Assembly (NCBI GenBank): GCA_018238545.1
Contig: JABCTC010000006.1
Location: 1-64,000 of the forward strand
Direction of reading: 5' to 3'
Length of the DNA stretch: 64,000 bases
DNA from: Candidatus Heimdallarchaeota archaeon
GTDB taxonomy: Archaea; Asgardarchaeota; Heimdallarchaeia; Heimdallarchaeales; Heimdallarchaeaceae
Both the position numbers and the translations under genes were made by a program. Below, piece after piece: positions 7,889 through 19,871 of the stretch (position 1 is the first letter of the stretch; each line of letters starts with the position of its first letter). The notes under the pieces are model-generated. The model made no database searches. It was not told the origin of the DNA and saw only the letters and a list, made by a program, of their open reading frames with translations.

Positions 7889-10143
7889 GTGCTCAATGAA
7901 CAACCCAAACTAGGGAAGTACTACAAAGAAGAACAGGTGTTTATCAAGGAAACTACAGTTGATACTAGTGGTACAGTAAAGATGACAGGGGAAGAATCAC
8001 CGCCAACTACAGAAAAAAAAGTAGAAAAGGGGGTAACCCAAGCAGCTAAGCCCACAATATCTGTCATAAAAAAGTTCCAAGAGATGTATGATAATATTGG
8101 GGGTGAGGATGATGCACAGAGAGACTGGGTAATCTTCAACTCAAATTTCACTTAACAACTAAAGAAGCTGAAACGTATCTCAATTTCATTAAGAAAGGAG
8201 CGGGAGAGAAAGAGATTATACTAACTAGTCACGATAGAGAGTTCGTGCAACGAGCTTGGAAGAAGATATACCTAGTTAAGGATAAATTTCAAAGAAATAG
8301 TTCAAAGAATTTAATGAAAGAATATTATGATAAACTATCAGGAGCTCACAATGGATTTGATGATGTTGTCTTTACAAAAGAAGCAAATGAGACTTTCAAG
8401 GTTATTTTTTTAGACTATAAATTCGGTGATCGTGCAACAAAATATCCATGGGAGTACATTCCAAAATTTGGCTATCATCTGATCAGAAGAGAGTTAAATA
8501 GAAAACAAATAGTTAGATACTCTAAACTCATGAAGAACAAAAGTTTTCTAAAATCACCAAAAGTAAAATTGGGAGAAGCAATTGTTCCTCAATTAATAAA
8601 GAAACTTATCTATGATAGGAATAGACAGTATCATATTATAGGTAATGATTGGCTGATTAAATTTCTAAACGATGATTTTAAGGAATCCTTACTGAAACTA
8701 GTAGAAAAAGGGATAATAAGTAAAGTAGTTTGCCAACGTATGTTTGATGGTTTAATTGAACAAAACCAAGTAATTGGTTTAGCACAAAACGGTCACACAC
8801 TTGCTCTGTACAAAGGTAAGGCCGCGATTAAAATAATTGATTACTGTAAAATTCTTATAGGAAATGAACATGTAAAAATAAGCCACGAATTCTTTTTACC
8901 AAAATTTACAGAAAAAAATGGTAAAAAACAGATTTCTATACGAGGTTTTTCTGAAGTAAAAAACAAAACTGAATCCTTTCTCAATAGTCTAATAGAAGAA
9001 ATTGAAGCTAAAGAAGAAATCAATGATGATGAAGTTCTAATTGTATATTCTAAAGTCAAAAGAGAATTTTTGTTGAAACTATTTAACTCTAAACGATTAT
9101 CTAATCTTCAAGATTTTAAGTCAAATCGTGGTTTATATGGAATTGATTCTATCTCTTCTAATGATATGAAAGATAGGCTTTCAGAGATTGAAAATCAACC
9201 AAACAAACATAGAGGAATTTCATGGTTTTATGATTCTATCCAAACACATGTGATTAGTTTCTTGACGAATAATGATTTGAAGTCTATTTTAGATGGAAAA
9301 GAAGAGTTTGATGTTTATGAGGAATTACTACAAGTGTTATCAGATCCAGAGTCATTTTTTGATGCAAAAGAGAATCAGTATATATTAAGTAAGAATATTT
9401 TTGAAGAAAAGCCGTTTGACTTCTTTCTCTTTAACTCCGAGACTAAAAAACAATTAATTCCTCCCACATTTTCATTTAGAAAGGGGCAAAATCCAAGAAC
9501 TGGTATTGTTTTGAAAAAAGAAAAACATGGAGATATTTCTGATGAATATATGAAAAACGTTGTTTCAATTCAAATGGAAGAAGAAGATATTCTTATGAAT
9601 TTTCCATTCAGATGGGATATTAGTTACAAATATTACTGTTTTACACAAAAAGGTAATAGGTCAACAAAGATTTCCAAGGCTTGGTACAGTTGGTTGAAAG
9701 AAAATAAATTACCCCTTCCAACAGGTTCTAGCGCAAAAATCCCTTCTAAATCTGTAATTGCTTTGCTCTTTAAATGGTGGAGATTACAGGAAGAATTCTT
9801 CTCAAACAGAATTCTGTCCAATATGAAGTTCATTGATGTGTGTGAAGAAAACAATTTGAATATAAAACCATCATCATTCGAAATTTGCAGCGAGGAAGGT
9901 GACCTATTCCACATTGTTAAAGTTACAGTGACTACAAACAATAATATTGTACACAAAAGTAGTTGGAAGTATTTTGGTTTCCATAACATAGAAATCCGAA
10001 ATATGATGAAGGTACTAGAATCGGTAATATGTGATAGTATTGTTGAGCAAACTGAAACTGAAGGTAATTCCATTAATAATATCAAAAATTGGGTCAAGAA
10101 TAATTTGAGAGAACCTTTTAATTTCTTAAAAGATATTTTTTAG
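7889..10143 (+). pseudogene. Large hypothetical gene, probably frameshifted (7889-8155 plus 8245-10143), possible PD-(D/E)XK nuclease domain
   Basis: The frame of the second ORF is open from 8113 and overlaps the first; both have only GTG starts; motif HNGFDDVV...IFLDYKFG. Confidence 0.45.
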
Positions 10144-10170
10144 AGCTTTTTTTTCATGACAAATAAAAAC

Positions 10171-10209
10171 GCCTCCAAAGAATATAGGAACCCCGAGACA
10201 AAAGATACT
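10171..10209 (-). repeat. 3' arm of the pre-16S processing stem (pairs with 11948-11989)
   Basis: Long imperfect inverted repeat flanking the 16S, with a 3-nt bulge. Confidence 0.75.
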
Positions 10210-10305
10210 CTAAAGTAAGTAACTACGGCGACTTCTTCTAAAAGAAGTCGCAACAAGGCCTTTTTACAGGCCCTGCGCGGAAGAAACCCTAAGGTTTCTA
10301 AACTT

Positions 10306-11816
<1,511 letters not shown>

Positions 11817-11947
11817 CTAGTTTCTTTCGATTAATTTGGTACGATCTTATTTTGACTTTTTTTAAAATAAATTTACGCTAAGTTTGCCACTTATACGTTT
11901 GTTTGTTTTTTTGTCACACAAAAATGTCCGTTTATACTTTTTTCAGA

Positions 11948-11989
11948 AGTATCTTTTAACGTCTCGGAGTTCTTATTTTCCTTGGAGGT
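11948..11989 (-). repeat. 5' arm of the pre-16S processing stem
   Basis: AGTATCTTTT-AAC-GTCTCGGAGTTCTTATTTTCCTTGGAGGT is approximately the reverse complement of 10171-10209. Confidence 0.75.
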
Positions 11990-12615
11990 GATTCTGCTTT
12001 TCATACAGCAACCTTTTATGATTTTGTATGCTTTTTTAAGTTATCGTTCGTTGGCTTTTTAGATAGCCCTCGAGAAGTCTCATACACAAGACTTACTAGC
12101 TTACGGATTCTCCTTTCTTTTTTATTACTTGTGTTGTGAGTGTTTTTTGCCTCAATAATTAAAACAGTAATTCTTTCTTAAGAAGACAAAGAAGGGGAAA
12201 CTATTTCTTTCTCCCCATCCTTGTCTATAAAGACATGGCTTACATCCACAATAGACTTCTACAAGAAATCTTGTGGCACTATACTTAGACTAACTTCGAT
12301 ATATATAGTTTGCTCTTTTTCCCCCAATGCTTAATTTTCTAGCTCTCAAGACTTAAAACAAGATATTCACAGAACCATTTTCTAATTCTTTTGTTTGTAA
12401 CTTTCTTTTGTGGATCTGATTGAGATTTACATTGAAAGGTAATTTTTCAGTTTCCTATTATTACAAACGAGAAAAGAGTATAAACTACCTTCTCTTGACA
12501 ATCATTCTATCTGATCATTGAGTTTAAACAAGGCCTCTAATCATTTTTTGTCTCATTTTTTCTTGTTGGTTTTTAATTCATTCTTTCCTTTTACATATGT
12601 CTGAAAAGAAGACGC

Positions 12616-12681
12616 ATGACTAACCACATATATGACCCTGAAGAAGAAGACAAAAGCTGCTACCTGTCTTGTGCGTTTTAG
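12616..12681 (+). CDS. Divergent orphan YDP micropeptide (MTNHIYDPEEEDKSCYLSCAF)
   Basis: Shares the YDPE-acidic N-half (CATATATGACCCTGAA vs ACATATGACCCTGAA at 61381); no PPxW tail. Confidence 0.35.
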   Translation: MTNHIYDPEEEDKSCYLSCAF

Positions 12682-13082
12682 CTTCATTCTCTTCTTTTTC
12701 TTTGTGATTTTTCATTTTTGCTTTATCTTGGTACTACCTTGTTATAAAAGCGCTTTTCACGCTCCTTTACTACTCCACGTGCCCTATTTCACTACCTATT
12801 CGGAGATTACATTACCCCCTTTTATGAGTGCCTAAGAAATAGGCTTTTCACCCTTTAGATTAATTCTAAAAGTATTATTTTACTCACTTATTCTACCTGT
12901 TAGGAATTTTTGGATTATTTATACTATTATAATATTATTAATTAATAGAGGGTGGTGATTAATAGGGAATAAACTTCTCCAAATTTTATTGAATGGAATC
13001 TTCCCTCCTTTCTTTTTTCTTTAGTATTGCAACTTTGGAAAAACATTAATCTGATTTCATATATAGTATTTTTTGATACTCT

Positions 13083-13232
13083 ATGGGTGATGAAGATACT
13101 AAACAATGTTTTCACTGTAATTCAATGATGATCAAAAAACAAGATTATTTGCCTGATGACTTTAAGCTTACCGAAGTCAAACATTTTTGGTTATGTAGTG
13201 GTTGTATGTCTTACGAGATAATAGACTCTTAG
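13083..13232 (+). CDS. Small Zn-finger protein (49 aa, CFHC...CSGC), missed by the ORF track
   Basis: MGDEDTKQCFHCNSMMIKKQDYLPDDFKLTEVKHFWLCSGCMSYEIIDS; stop overlaps the convergent cdd stop. Confidence 0.65.
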   Translation: MGDEDTKQCFHCNSMMIKKQDYLPDDFKLTEVKHFWLCSGCMSYEIIDS

Positions 13233-13645
13233 CCTTTCTTTTTTACTTGGATTTCTCCTCCAGGCAGTAGCTTACTCAGCATCATATCTATTTTCTCTTC
13301 TTTATCGTTAACAGCTATTACTCTAATATCATGTCCATGTAACTGAGAGAACTCATACAACTTTTGTCTACATGACCCACAAGGTAGTACTGGTGGAGAG
13401 CTATACGAGTAGACTACCACAAGCTGAATGTCTGTATCTCCTTCGTTCACTGCGGCACCTATTGCATTTACCTCTGCATGTAAAGCGAGATAATCTGCAA
13501 ATTCTACATTACATCCTGTAAAGATTTTCTCTTTTGCTGTTAAGAAAGCTGCACCAACCTGGAAGTTACTGTAAGGGGCATAAGCTTTCTTGCTTATTTT
13601 CCTCGCTTGTTCAATTAATTTTGGTAGATACGATTCCACCTTCAT
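13229..13645 (-). CDS. cdd: Cytidine deaminase
   Basis: AYAPYSNFQVGAA, GCNVE, HAE, PCGSCRQ. Confidence 0.93.
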   Translation of the reverse strand: MKVESYLPKLIEQARKISKKAYAPYSNFQVGAAFLTAKEKIFTGCNVEFADYLALHAEVNAIGAAVNEGDTDIQLVVVYSYSSPPVLPCGSCRQKLYEFSQLHGHDIRVIAVNDKEEKIDMMLSKLLPGGEIQVKKKG

Positions 13646-13992
13646 TCAAATCAGCTTAACTTCAAACGATTTTACTAAAAACTTTTCCTAGTTTTTTTCA
13701 TTATTAATCTTAGTATAATTTGAGGTAAAAGAATCTCAAAACAATACCTTTTTATCTTTACCCTTTTTTGTTCTAATTGCGAATAGCAATATTTGTTTAT
13801 CTGTTATCTCTTACCCTAACCGGTAGGAAAAAAGTTGCAAAACTTTGATATTGAAAATTGTTTGAAAAGAAACAATTATAAATAAGAGGAATAGACCCTC
13901 TTCTCGCGCAATAATAATGTGCGAATTATCTCCTCCTGGATTTATATCCACTGAACAAAAAGAGAATAATTACGTTCATCTTTAGAGTTCAG

Positions 13993-14035
13993 TCAGCTGA
14001 CAAGAACTCTCCAAGAAGGCGAAAACTGATTCCTA
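13993..14035 (+). repeat. 5' arm of the pre-23S processing stem (pairs with 17462-17505)
   Basis: TCAGCTGACAAGAACTCTCCAAGAA / TTCTTGGAGAGTTCTTGTCAGCTGA perfect complement, followed by a BHB-like bulged segment. Confidence 0.85.
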
Positions 14036-14041
14036 AATTAA

Positions 14042-17000
14042 CCTACACTATGCATACGCCATGTAGTGGATGACTCGGCTAGGGTGCCGATGAAGGGCGC
14101 GGTAAGCAGCGAAATGCTGCGGGGAGACGCAGACTGTCTACGATCCGCAGATTCCCGAATCGGATTTCCGGTCATAGCTTAATAAGTTGTGACAGCCAGT
14201 AATGGCGGGGTACCCAGGGAACCAAAACATTCAAGTACCTGGAGGAAAAGAAAACAATCGTGATTCCGGTAGTAACGGCGAGTAAACCCGGAACAGGCCA
14301 AACCGAATTCCCTTTTGGAAACATTAGGGTAGATGTGGTGTTTTTGACTACGTAAAAGATCGTCAGAGTTAAGTCGAATATCCCTGGAAAGGGAAGCTAT
14401 AGAGGGTAATAGCCCCGTAGACGTAAGCTCCCGACTTAGTAGTATCAAGACTAGCGTGGCTTGGATTTGTCGCGCAAATATGGGAGGACTAACTCCCAAG
14501 CCTAAATACACCCCTAGACCGATAGCGCACTAGTAACGTGAGTAAAAGTTGAAAAGTATTCGAAGTACGAGAGTGAAAAGTACCTGAAACTACATGGTAA
14601 CAGACGTGGATGGCCCGAAAGGGTAGAGTCTCGGTGAAGGAACCCATCGTGAGGTGGTAGTACGAGCTGAGAGGACCAGGGTCATCCGTTCCGTCTCGAA
14701 ACACGGGCCGAGGAGTTCAGGTTTGTGGCGAGCCTAAGTTTTATACGGTGGCGTAGCGAAAGCAACCTGCGCGCAGCTTCGGCAAGGCGCGACGTCCGAT
14801 AAGGGCGTGAAGTCACAAGTCTGAGACCCGAAAGCAGTTGATCTATCCCTGACCAAGGTGAAGCGCTTCGAAAGGAGCGTGGAGGCCTGAAGGGTTATTG
14901 ATATGCAATTCATTCCTCTGAGTTGGGGATAGTGGCAAAAGACCAATCTAAACTGCTGATAGCTGGTTCCCCCCGAAGTATCACCACAGGATAGCGTCGC
15001 TGGAGGTGGCATGTGAGGTAGAGCTACGGACGGAAGGTTCTGGAGAGTGAAATCTTCACCCTTCCTTCCAACTCCGAACTTGCATGCGCCGTAGAAGGCG
15101 ACAGACGGGCGCGTGTCCGCAAGGGATGCGGCCGAAAGGGGAACAACCCTACATCAGGTTAAGGGCCCTAAATCCCGGTTAAATGTTAAACAGAATGGCG
15201 TCCAATAACAAAGACAATGAGGCGGTAAGCTTAGAAGCAGCTATCCGTTAAAAAAAGCGTAACAGCTTACTCATCGAGTTGTTGGGCCCAGAAAATGGAC
15301 GGGGCTAAACCGGGTCCCGATACCTGATTGAACTTCAAAAGAGTTTTAGGTAGGGGGGCGACCGGGTTGGGTAGAAGCTGGGGAGTGATTCCCAGTGGAC
15401 CGATCTGGTTTGCAGATCTCGGTGGTAGTAGGAGCATAGTGAGGTGAGAATCCTCACCGCCGGAAGCCCAAGGGTTCCTTGGCACTGTTCGTCAGCCAAG
15501 GGTTAGTCGGTCCTAAGGTCGATCTTAAAACGAGTCGATCGAAAGGGGAACAGGTTCATATTCCTGTACCACGCTTATAGACGCGGCGACGCAAGCTTTG
15601 AGCTAACGCTGGTGGGTAGGTGACCTAGGAGAATATCCTAGTTAAATTTCGAAATCTGGGGAGAACCGTTAAGGTGAGAACCAGAAGAATAGATGAAGAG
15701 GCTGGCCATTGGTTGCTGGCTGTCATCAACCCCAACAGCTCATAAAAAGGCAAAGAGAACGATTAAGCGTGTCCGTACCCAGAACCGAAACAGGTGTGGC
15801 TAGCTTAGAAGGCTAAGGCGTGTTAGGAGAGCTTAGGTGAAGGAAATCGGCAAATTAGTCCCGTACCTTGGGTATAAGGGATGCCTGGCGAGGTGTATGC
15901 CTCACCAGGTCGCAGTGACTTGGGGCACCCGACTGTTTAATAAAAACATAGCAAACTGCAAGGGCGAAAGCCTGAGTACAGTTTGTGAATCCTGGCCGGT
16001 GCTGGTGATTGAAACCTGGGTTCAACCAGGCTAAGACCCAGTAAACGCCGGAGCTAACTATGAGCTTCTTAAGGTAGGCAAATGCCTTGTCTGCTAATTA
16101 CAGACGTCCATGAAGGGACCAACGAGGTGCCCACTGTCTCCACCTAAAGCCTACTGAACCCACAGTCCAGCGAACAGTCTGGAACGCACCATCGGGAAGA
16201 GAAGACCCTGTGGAGCTTTACTGCTGTCAGGGGCTGTTGTATTGGTGTGCATACATAGCATAGTCAGGAAACGTTATATCCTACATTCTCCGGGATGTAG
16301 GGGAGTTGATCTTGAAATACTGACTTTGTGCATTGGTACGACTTACCTCTCGCGAGGGGGACACCCCCTGCCTGGCAGTTTCACTGGGGCGGTAGCCTCT
16401 TGAAAAGATATCAAGAGGGCCCAAAGCCAAGCTCAACCGGGACAGAAATCCGGTGTAGAGTGCAAGGGCAAAAGCTTGGTTGACTGTGAACTCACCAACA
16501 CGGTTCGCAGATGTTAACGCAGGGCCTAGCGATCCTTCGCAATGCCCTTAGTAGGCGGCGGAGGTGGCAGAAAAGTTACCCCAGGGGTAACTGCGCTTCT
16601 TTATAATACTTACGTGTAAAGTTGTGCTCTCATCTGGGTAACATTTATCTGTTGCAAAAATTTTTTCAATTGGCAGAGCTAAAATAAATTATTAGAAAAT
16701 TGCTCCTGTCTTCAATTTCCGGTGAGGAAATTATATAGGTTTTCGCCAAATTGGCATAATAAAATCTTGAACAGAATGGGTCCATTATCTGTCTGATATC
16801 CCAACAAATTGATAAGGAATTCCCTAAAAAGATTAACAACACAACAGATGAAGAGCTACAACAAAAGCGTGAGTACTCGATAGGTGACAAGATTGGTAAC
16901 TGCCCTTCACGGGGTTAACAATTGATCTTCGAACCAATGTGCTATGTATTTTGCATAAGCGCAGCCCTGAACAGAGTTGTCGTGGGTAAGAGTTCACATC

Positions 17001-17453
17001 GACCTCACGGCTTGCTACCTCGATGTCGGCTCTTCCTAGCTTGGTCCTGATTCAGGGGCCAAGAGTGGGGTTGTTCGCCCATTAAAAGGGAACGTGAGCT
17101 GGGTTTAGACCGTTGTGAGACAGGTTGGATTCTATCTGATGGTGCTGGCGGGCGATTGAGAGTAAAGCTTCCACAGTACGAGAGGAACAGGCAGCTGGGG
17201 CCGCTGGTGTATCGGTTGTTCTACCGAGCATGCCGAGTAGCTAAGCCCTTGTAGATAAGAGCGGAATGCATCTACGCTCGAAGCTACCCTCGAAACGAGT
17301 CGCCCACTCTGCAACACTATAAAGGGACTGGTGACAGTAACTTTCGTTGTAGACGAGAACGCGGAAAGAAGATCCGTTTGATAGAGAAGGGATGTACGCG
17401 TCGAGCTTAGGCGAGATGTTTAGTCCACTTCCACTAATTGTTCAAGCGTAGTT
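14042..17453 (+). rRNA. rrl: 23S rRNA (with 381-nt intron); ends approximate
   Basis: CCGATGAAG, GACCGATAGCG, GACTGTTTAATAAAAACA, CTCGATGTCGGCTC, sarcin-ricin loop AGTACGAGAGGAAC. Confidence 0.97.
16590..16970 (+). other. 381-nt BHB intron in the 23S peptidyl-transferase loop (between E. coli-equivalent 2450/2451)
   Basis: GGGG-UAA-CUGCGCUU ... AAGCGCAG-CCCU-GAA forms a BHB; splicing gives GGGGUAACAGAGUUGUCG; AT-rich interior. Confidence 0.88.
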
Positions 17454-17819
17454 AGGCCAAATAGGAATCGGTTCGTCAGATTCTTGGAGAGTTCTTGTCA
17501 GCTGATTTTAGTTTACTTGATTTTTTTGACTCTTTTGTAGTTTTTACAATTATTCAATAAATAACATAGAGAAGTTTCTGCTTACAGGGCTTGGTGATTA
17601 TTATTTATTATTTATTCTTGCCTTCACTGATTAACAACGAGAGTATAAAATGAAAAACTAACAGGAAAAAGTTAAGTCTATCGAGACTCAGAGAATTGTT
17701 GGATTCAAATCCATTCTTTATTATCAAGTTTAGCGAAGGTATTTTATACTCTTTTCTCGTTTTAATTAATGGTAACAACAGAGTAATTTACTGAGGAAAG
17801 AATTTAGTGGGGACTAAGT

Positions 17820-19505
17820 ATGTTTAATATTAAAGAATTCTACAAAGCAAGGGAAAGATTGTTTGAGAATCAGAATAATATACATGCTTTGCCTGATTTA
17901 CAGGATTATCTTTTAGATTTGGATATGGTTTGTGCAAATGAAAGATCAAAAGAGATGGCAGATTTGCTTTCAGCTTTAATAAATATAGCAAAACCATTAA
18001 ATGACAATCAAGTACTATTTGAATTATACTGGCAATACTTTCTTCAAACATATTATTATGTTAAACAATTGAATAAAACAGAGTTTACTATTGATAACAT
18101 GAAACAAAACATGGAAGAAACCAATAATATGGAACAAATCTCAAGAATTTTTCAAGCTGAATCTCTAATTAATCAATTAAAGGGCAATAAAAAAGAATCT
18201 ATTGAATTCATGCATAAAGCACTAGAAGTAATAGAAACTCACAAAGATGATTACCCTGAGATTTATTATAGTGCTCTATATGCATACTCACATTTTTCTT
18301 TTCTTCAAAATAAACATTCCCCTAAAGTTGAAGTAAATATGGAGAAATGCCTCAGATATTATTCAAAAAGCTATAATATGAGAGGTCTAAATGTAGTAAT
18401 TAATCAACTTTTGAGATTTTATCTACATTCAGGAAACGTGGAAAAGATTGAGAAACTTCTAGAATGGGTTTTTGAAAAGGAACAACTTCATAAACGCATG
18501 TTGGACAATCATCTTATTTCGTTTTATTGGTTTTTGGGAACCATGAATACAATTAGGAACAAACTAACTCATGCAATCGAATATCTTAATAAGGCATATT
18601 CAAAGATAAAAGAACAGAAGTTACAACAAGAAATGATGTATGAATACACAGATATTTTGAAATTTTTAAGTCGATGTTATGCACATCAAGGGAAATTCCA
18701 GTTAGCACATGATCTATTAATAGAGTTAGCAAGTTTTATGGAAGATGAAAATGTAAAATCAAATTACTTTGCAAGAGGTAAATGGTATATATTTGTAAGT
18801 TCATATTACACACTTCTGTTCATTTTTATTCAACTAGACTTGAATATTGAAGATGTAAAAGATGAAAAATTAAGAAGAATTTATGAACATACAAATTCTC
18901 TATTAAGTAAGTTTAAAATATCTGAAAAGCTCATTTTAAGTGCTTTCTCCGATGATAAAAACATACAAGAAATATTTGAAAATAACATTGATAAAAGTGA
19001 AACAGAAGTATCAATTATATTACAGCAATTATTACTTACACATGTGCCATATAAAAGCAAAGAGAAAAGCGTTCAAACAATCGAGAAACTAAGAGAATAT
19101 GCTATTGATCCTTTATATGCAGATATTTTAATAGGAAAAATTCTCATTTCTATGGGGAATTATGATAAATTTAGAGAAATAGTAAACAAAATTGTGAGAG
19201 AAACAACGGAGACTAAAGCCCCTATCTTGAAAATCTGGAGGGATTTTTATGTCTTACTAAGGAATTATTTAGATGAGTCTGATAACAAGAATGTTATTGA
19301 AGGACTAGTAAAGTTAGAGGAGCATTGTAGAAGAAATAATTTCTTTAAGATGGGGGAAGAGATAAAGATGTATCATAGATTAATTTCGTTTTCAAGAACA
19401 ATAAATCAATTTACAGACAAAATTAAGCAAACAGCTTTTATGGATATGTACGATAAAGAATCAAGAAGAATGGCAATGGAATATCTGGAAAGTAAAGAAA
19501 GTTAG
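17820..19505 (+). CDS. Helical/TPR-like protein, divergent paralog 3
   Basis: 561 aa; ANERS and QLKGNKKES match ANEKS and KLKGNKENS of the paralogs; TPR-like segment WFLGTMNTIRNKLTHAIEYLNKAY; different C-terminus. Confidence 0.75.
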   Translation: MFNIKEFYKARERLFENQNNIHALPDLQDYLLDLDMVCANERSKEMADLLSALINIAKPLNDNQVLFELYWQYFLQTYYYVKQLNKTEFTIDNMKQNMEETNNMEQISRIFQAESLINQLKGNKKESIEFMHKALEVIETHKDDYPEIYYSALYAYSHFSFLQNKHSPKVEVNMEKCLRYYSKSYNMRGLNVVINQLLRFYLHSGNVEKIEKLLEWVFEKEQLHKRMLDNHLISFYWFLGTMNTIRNKLTHAIEYLNKAYSKIKEQKLQQEMMYEYTDILKFLSRCYAHQGKFQLAHDLLIELASFMEDENVKSNYFARGKWYIFVSSYYTLLFIFIQLDLNIEDVKDEKLRRIYEHTNSLLSKFKISEKLILSAFSDDKNIQEIFENNIDKSETEVSIILQQLLLTHVPYKSKEKSVQTIEKLREYAIDPLYADILIGKILISMGNYDKFREIVNKIVRETTETKAPILKIWRDFYVLLRNYLDESDNKNVIEGLVKLEEHCRRNNFFKMGEEIKMYHRLISFSRTINQFTDKIKQTAFMDMYDKESRRMAMEYLESKES

Positions 19506-19535
19506 TAAATAAAAAGAAAAAAGATAGTGATTTCC

Positions 19536-19619
19536 TTAAGGGATTATCGGAAACCAGCAAGGAGGTAAACTCTCATCATCGGTTGGTTCTGGATCATATG
19601 TGTTATTTGTGTTTTTCAT
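19536..19619 (-). CDS. YDP-PPxW micropeptide copy 5 (MKNTNNTYDPEPTDDESLPPCWFPIIP)
   Basis: Hand-translated; convergent with paralog 3; GAGTGATG upstream. Confidence 0.7.
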   Translation of the reverse strand: MKNTNNTYDPEPTDDESLPPCWFPIIP

Positions 19620-19871
19620 TTTGCATCACTCATAGTTCATATTCTACTATTATCCTTCAATGAAAGAATAAGTATGCAAAGGAAATTCATTGCCAATTAG
19701 ATGGTTTTTCTGACAAAAGTATCAACATAAAGAAGAAAAACGCATTCTAGTGGCTTTGGAACAAATTATCTCCTCTCTCTCTTCCTTAACAATTTTGCTG
19801 TGCTTTTATAGTTCGAAGTAGTACATCTTTTGTATAAAATCAGTCTTCTATCACCCCTAAGAGGAGAGTTC

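Noticed and set aside
11820-14040. 5S rRNA or tRNA-Ala in the rRNA intergenic region
   Set aside because: No recognisable 5S or cloverleaf sequence; only leader-like hairpins.
16666-16890. 74-aa ORF in the 23S intron as a homing endonuclease
   Set aside because: Antisense to the rRNA, too short, and no LAGLIDADG/HNH/GIY-YIG motif.
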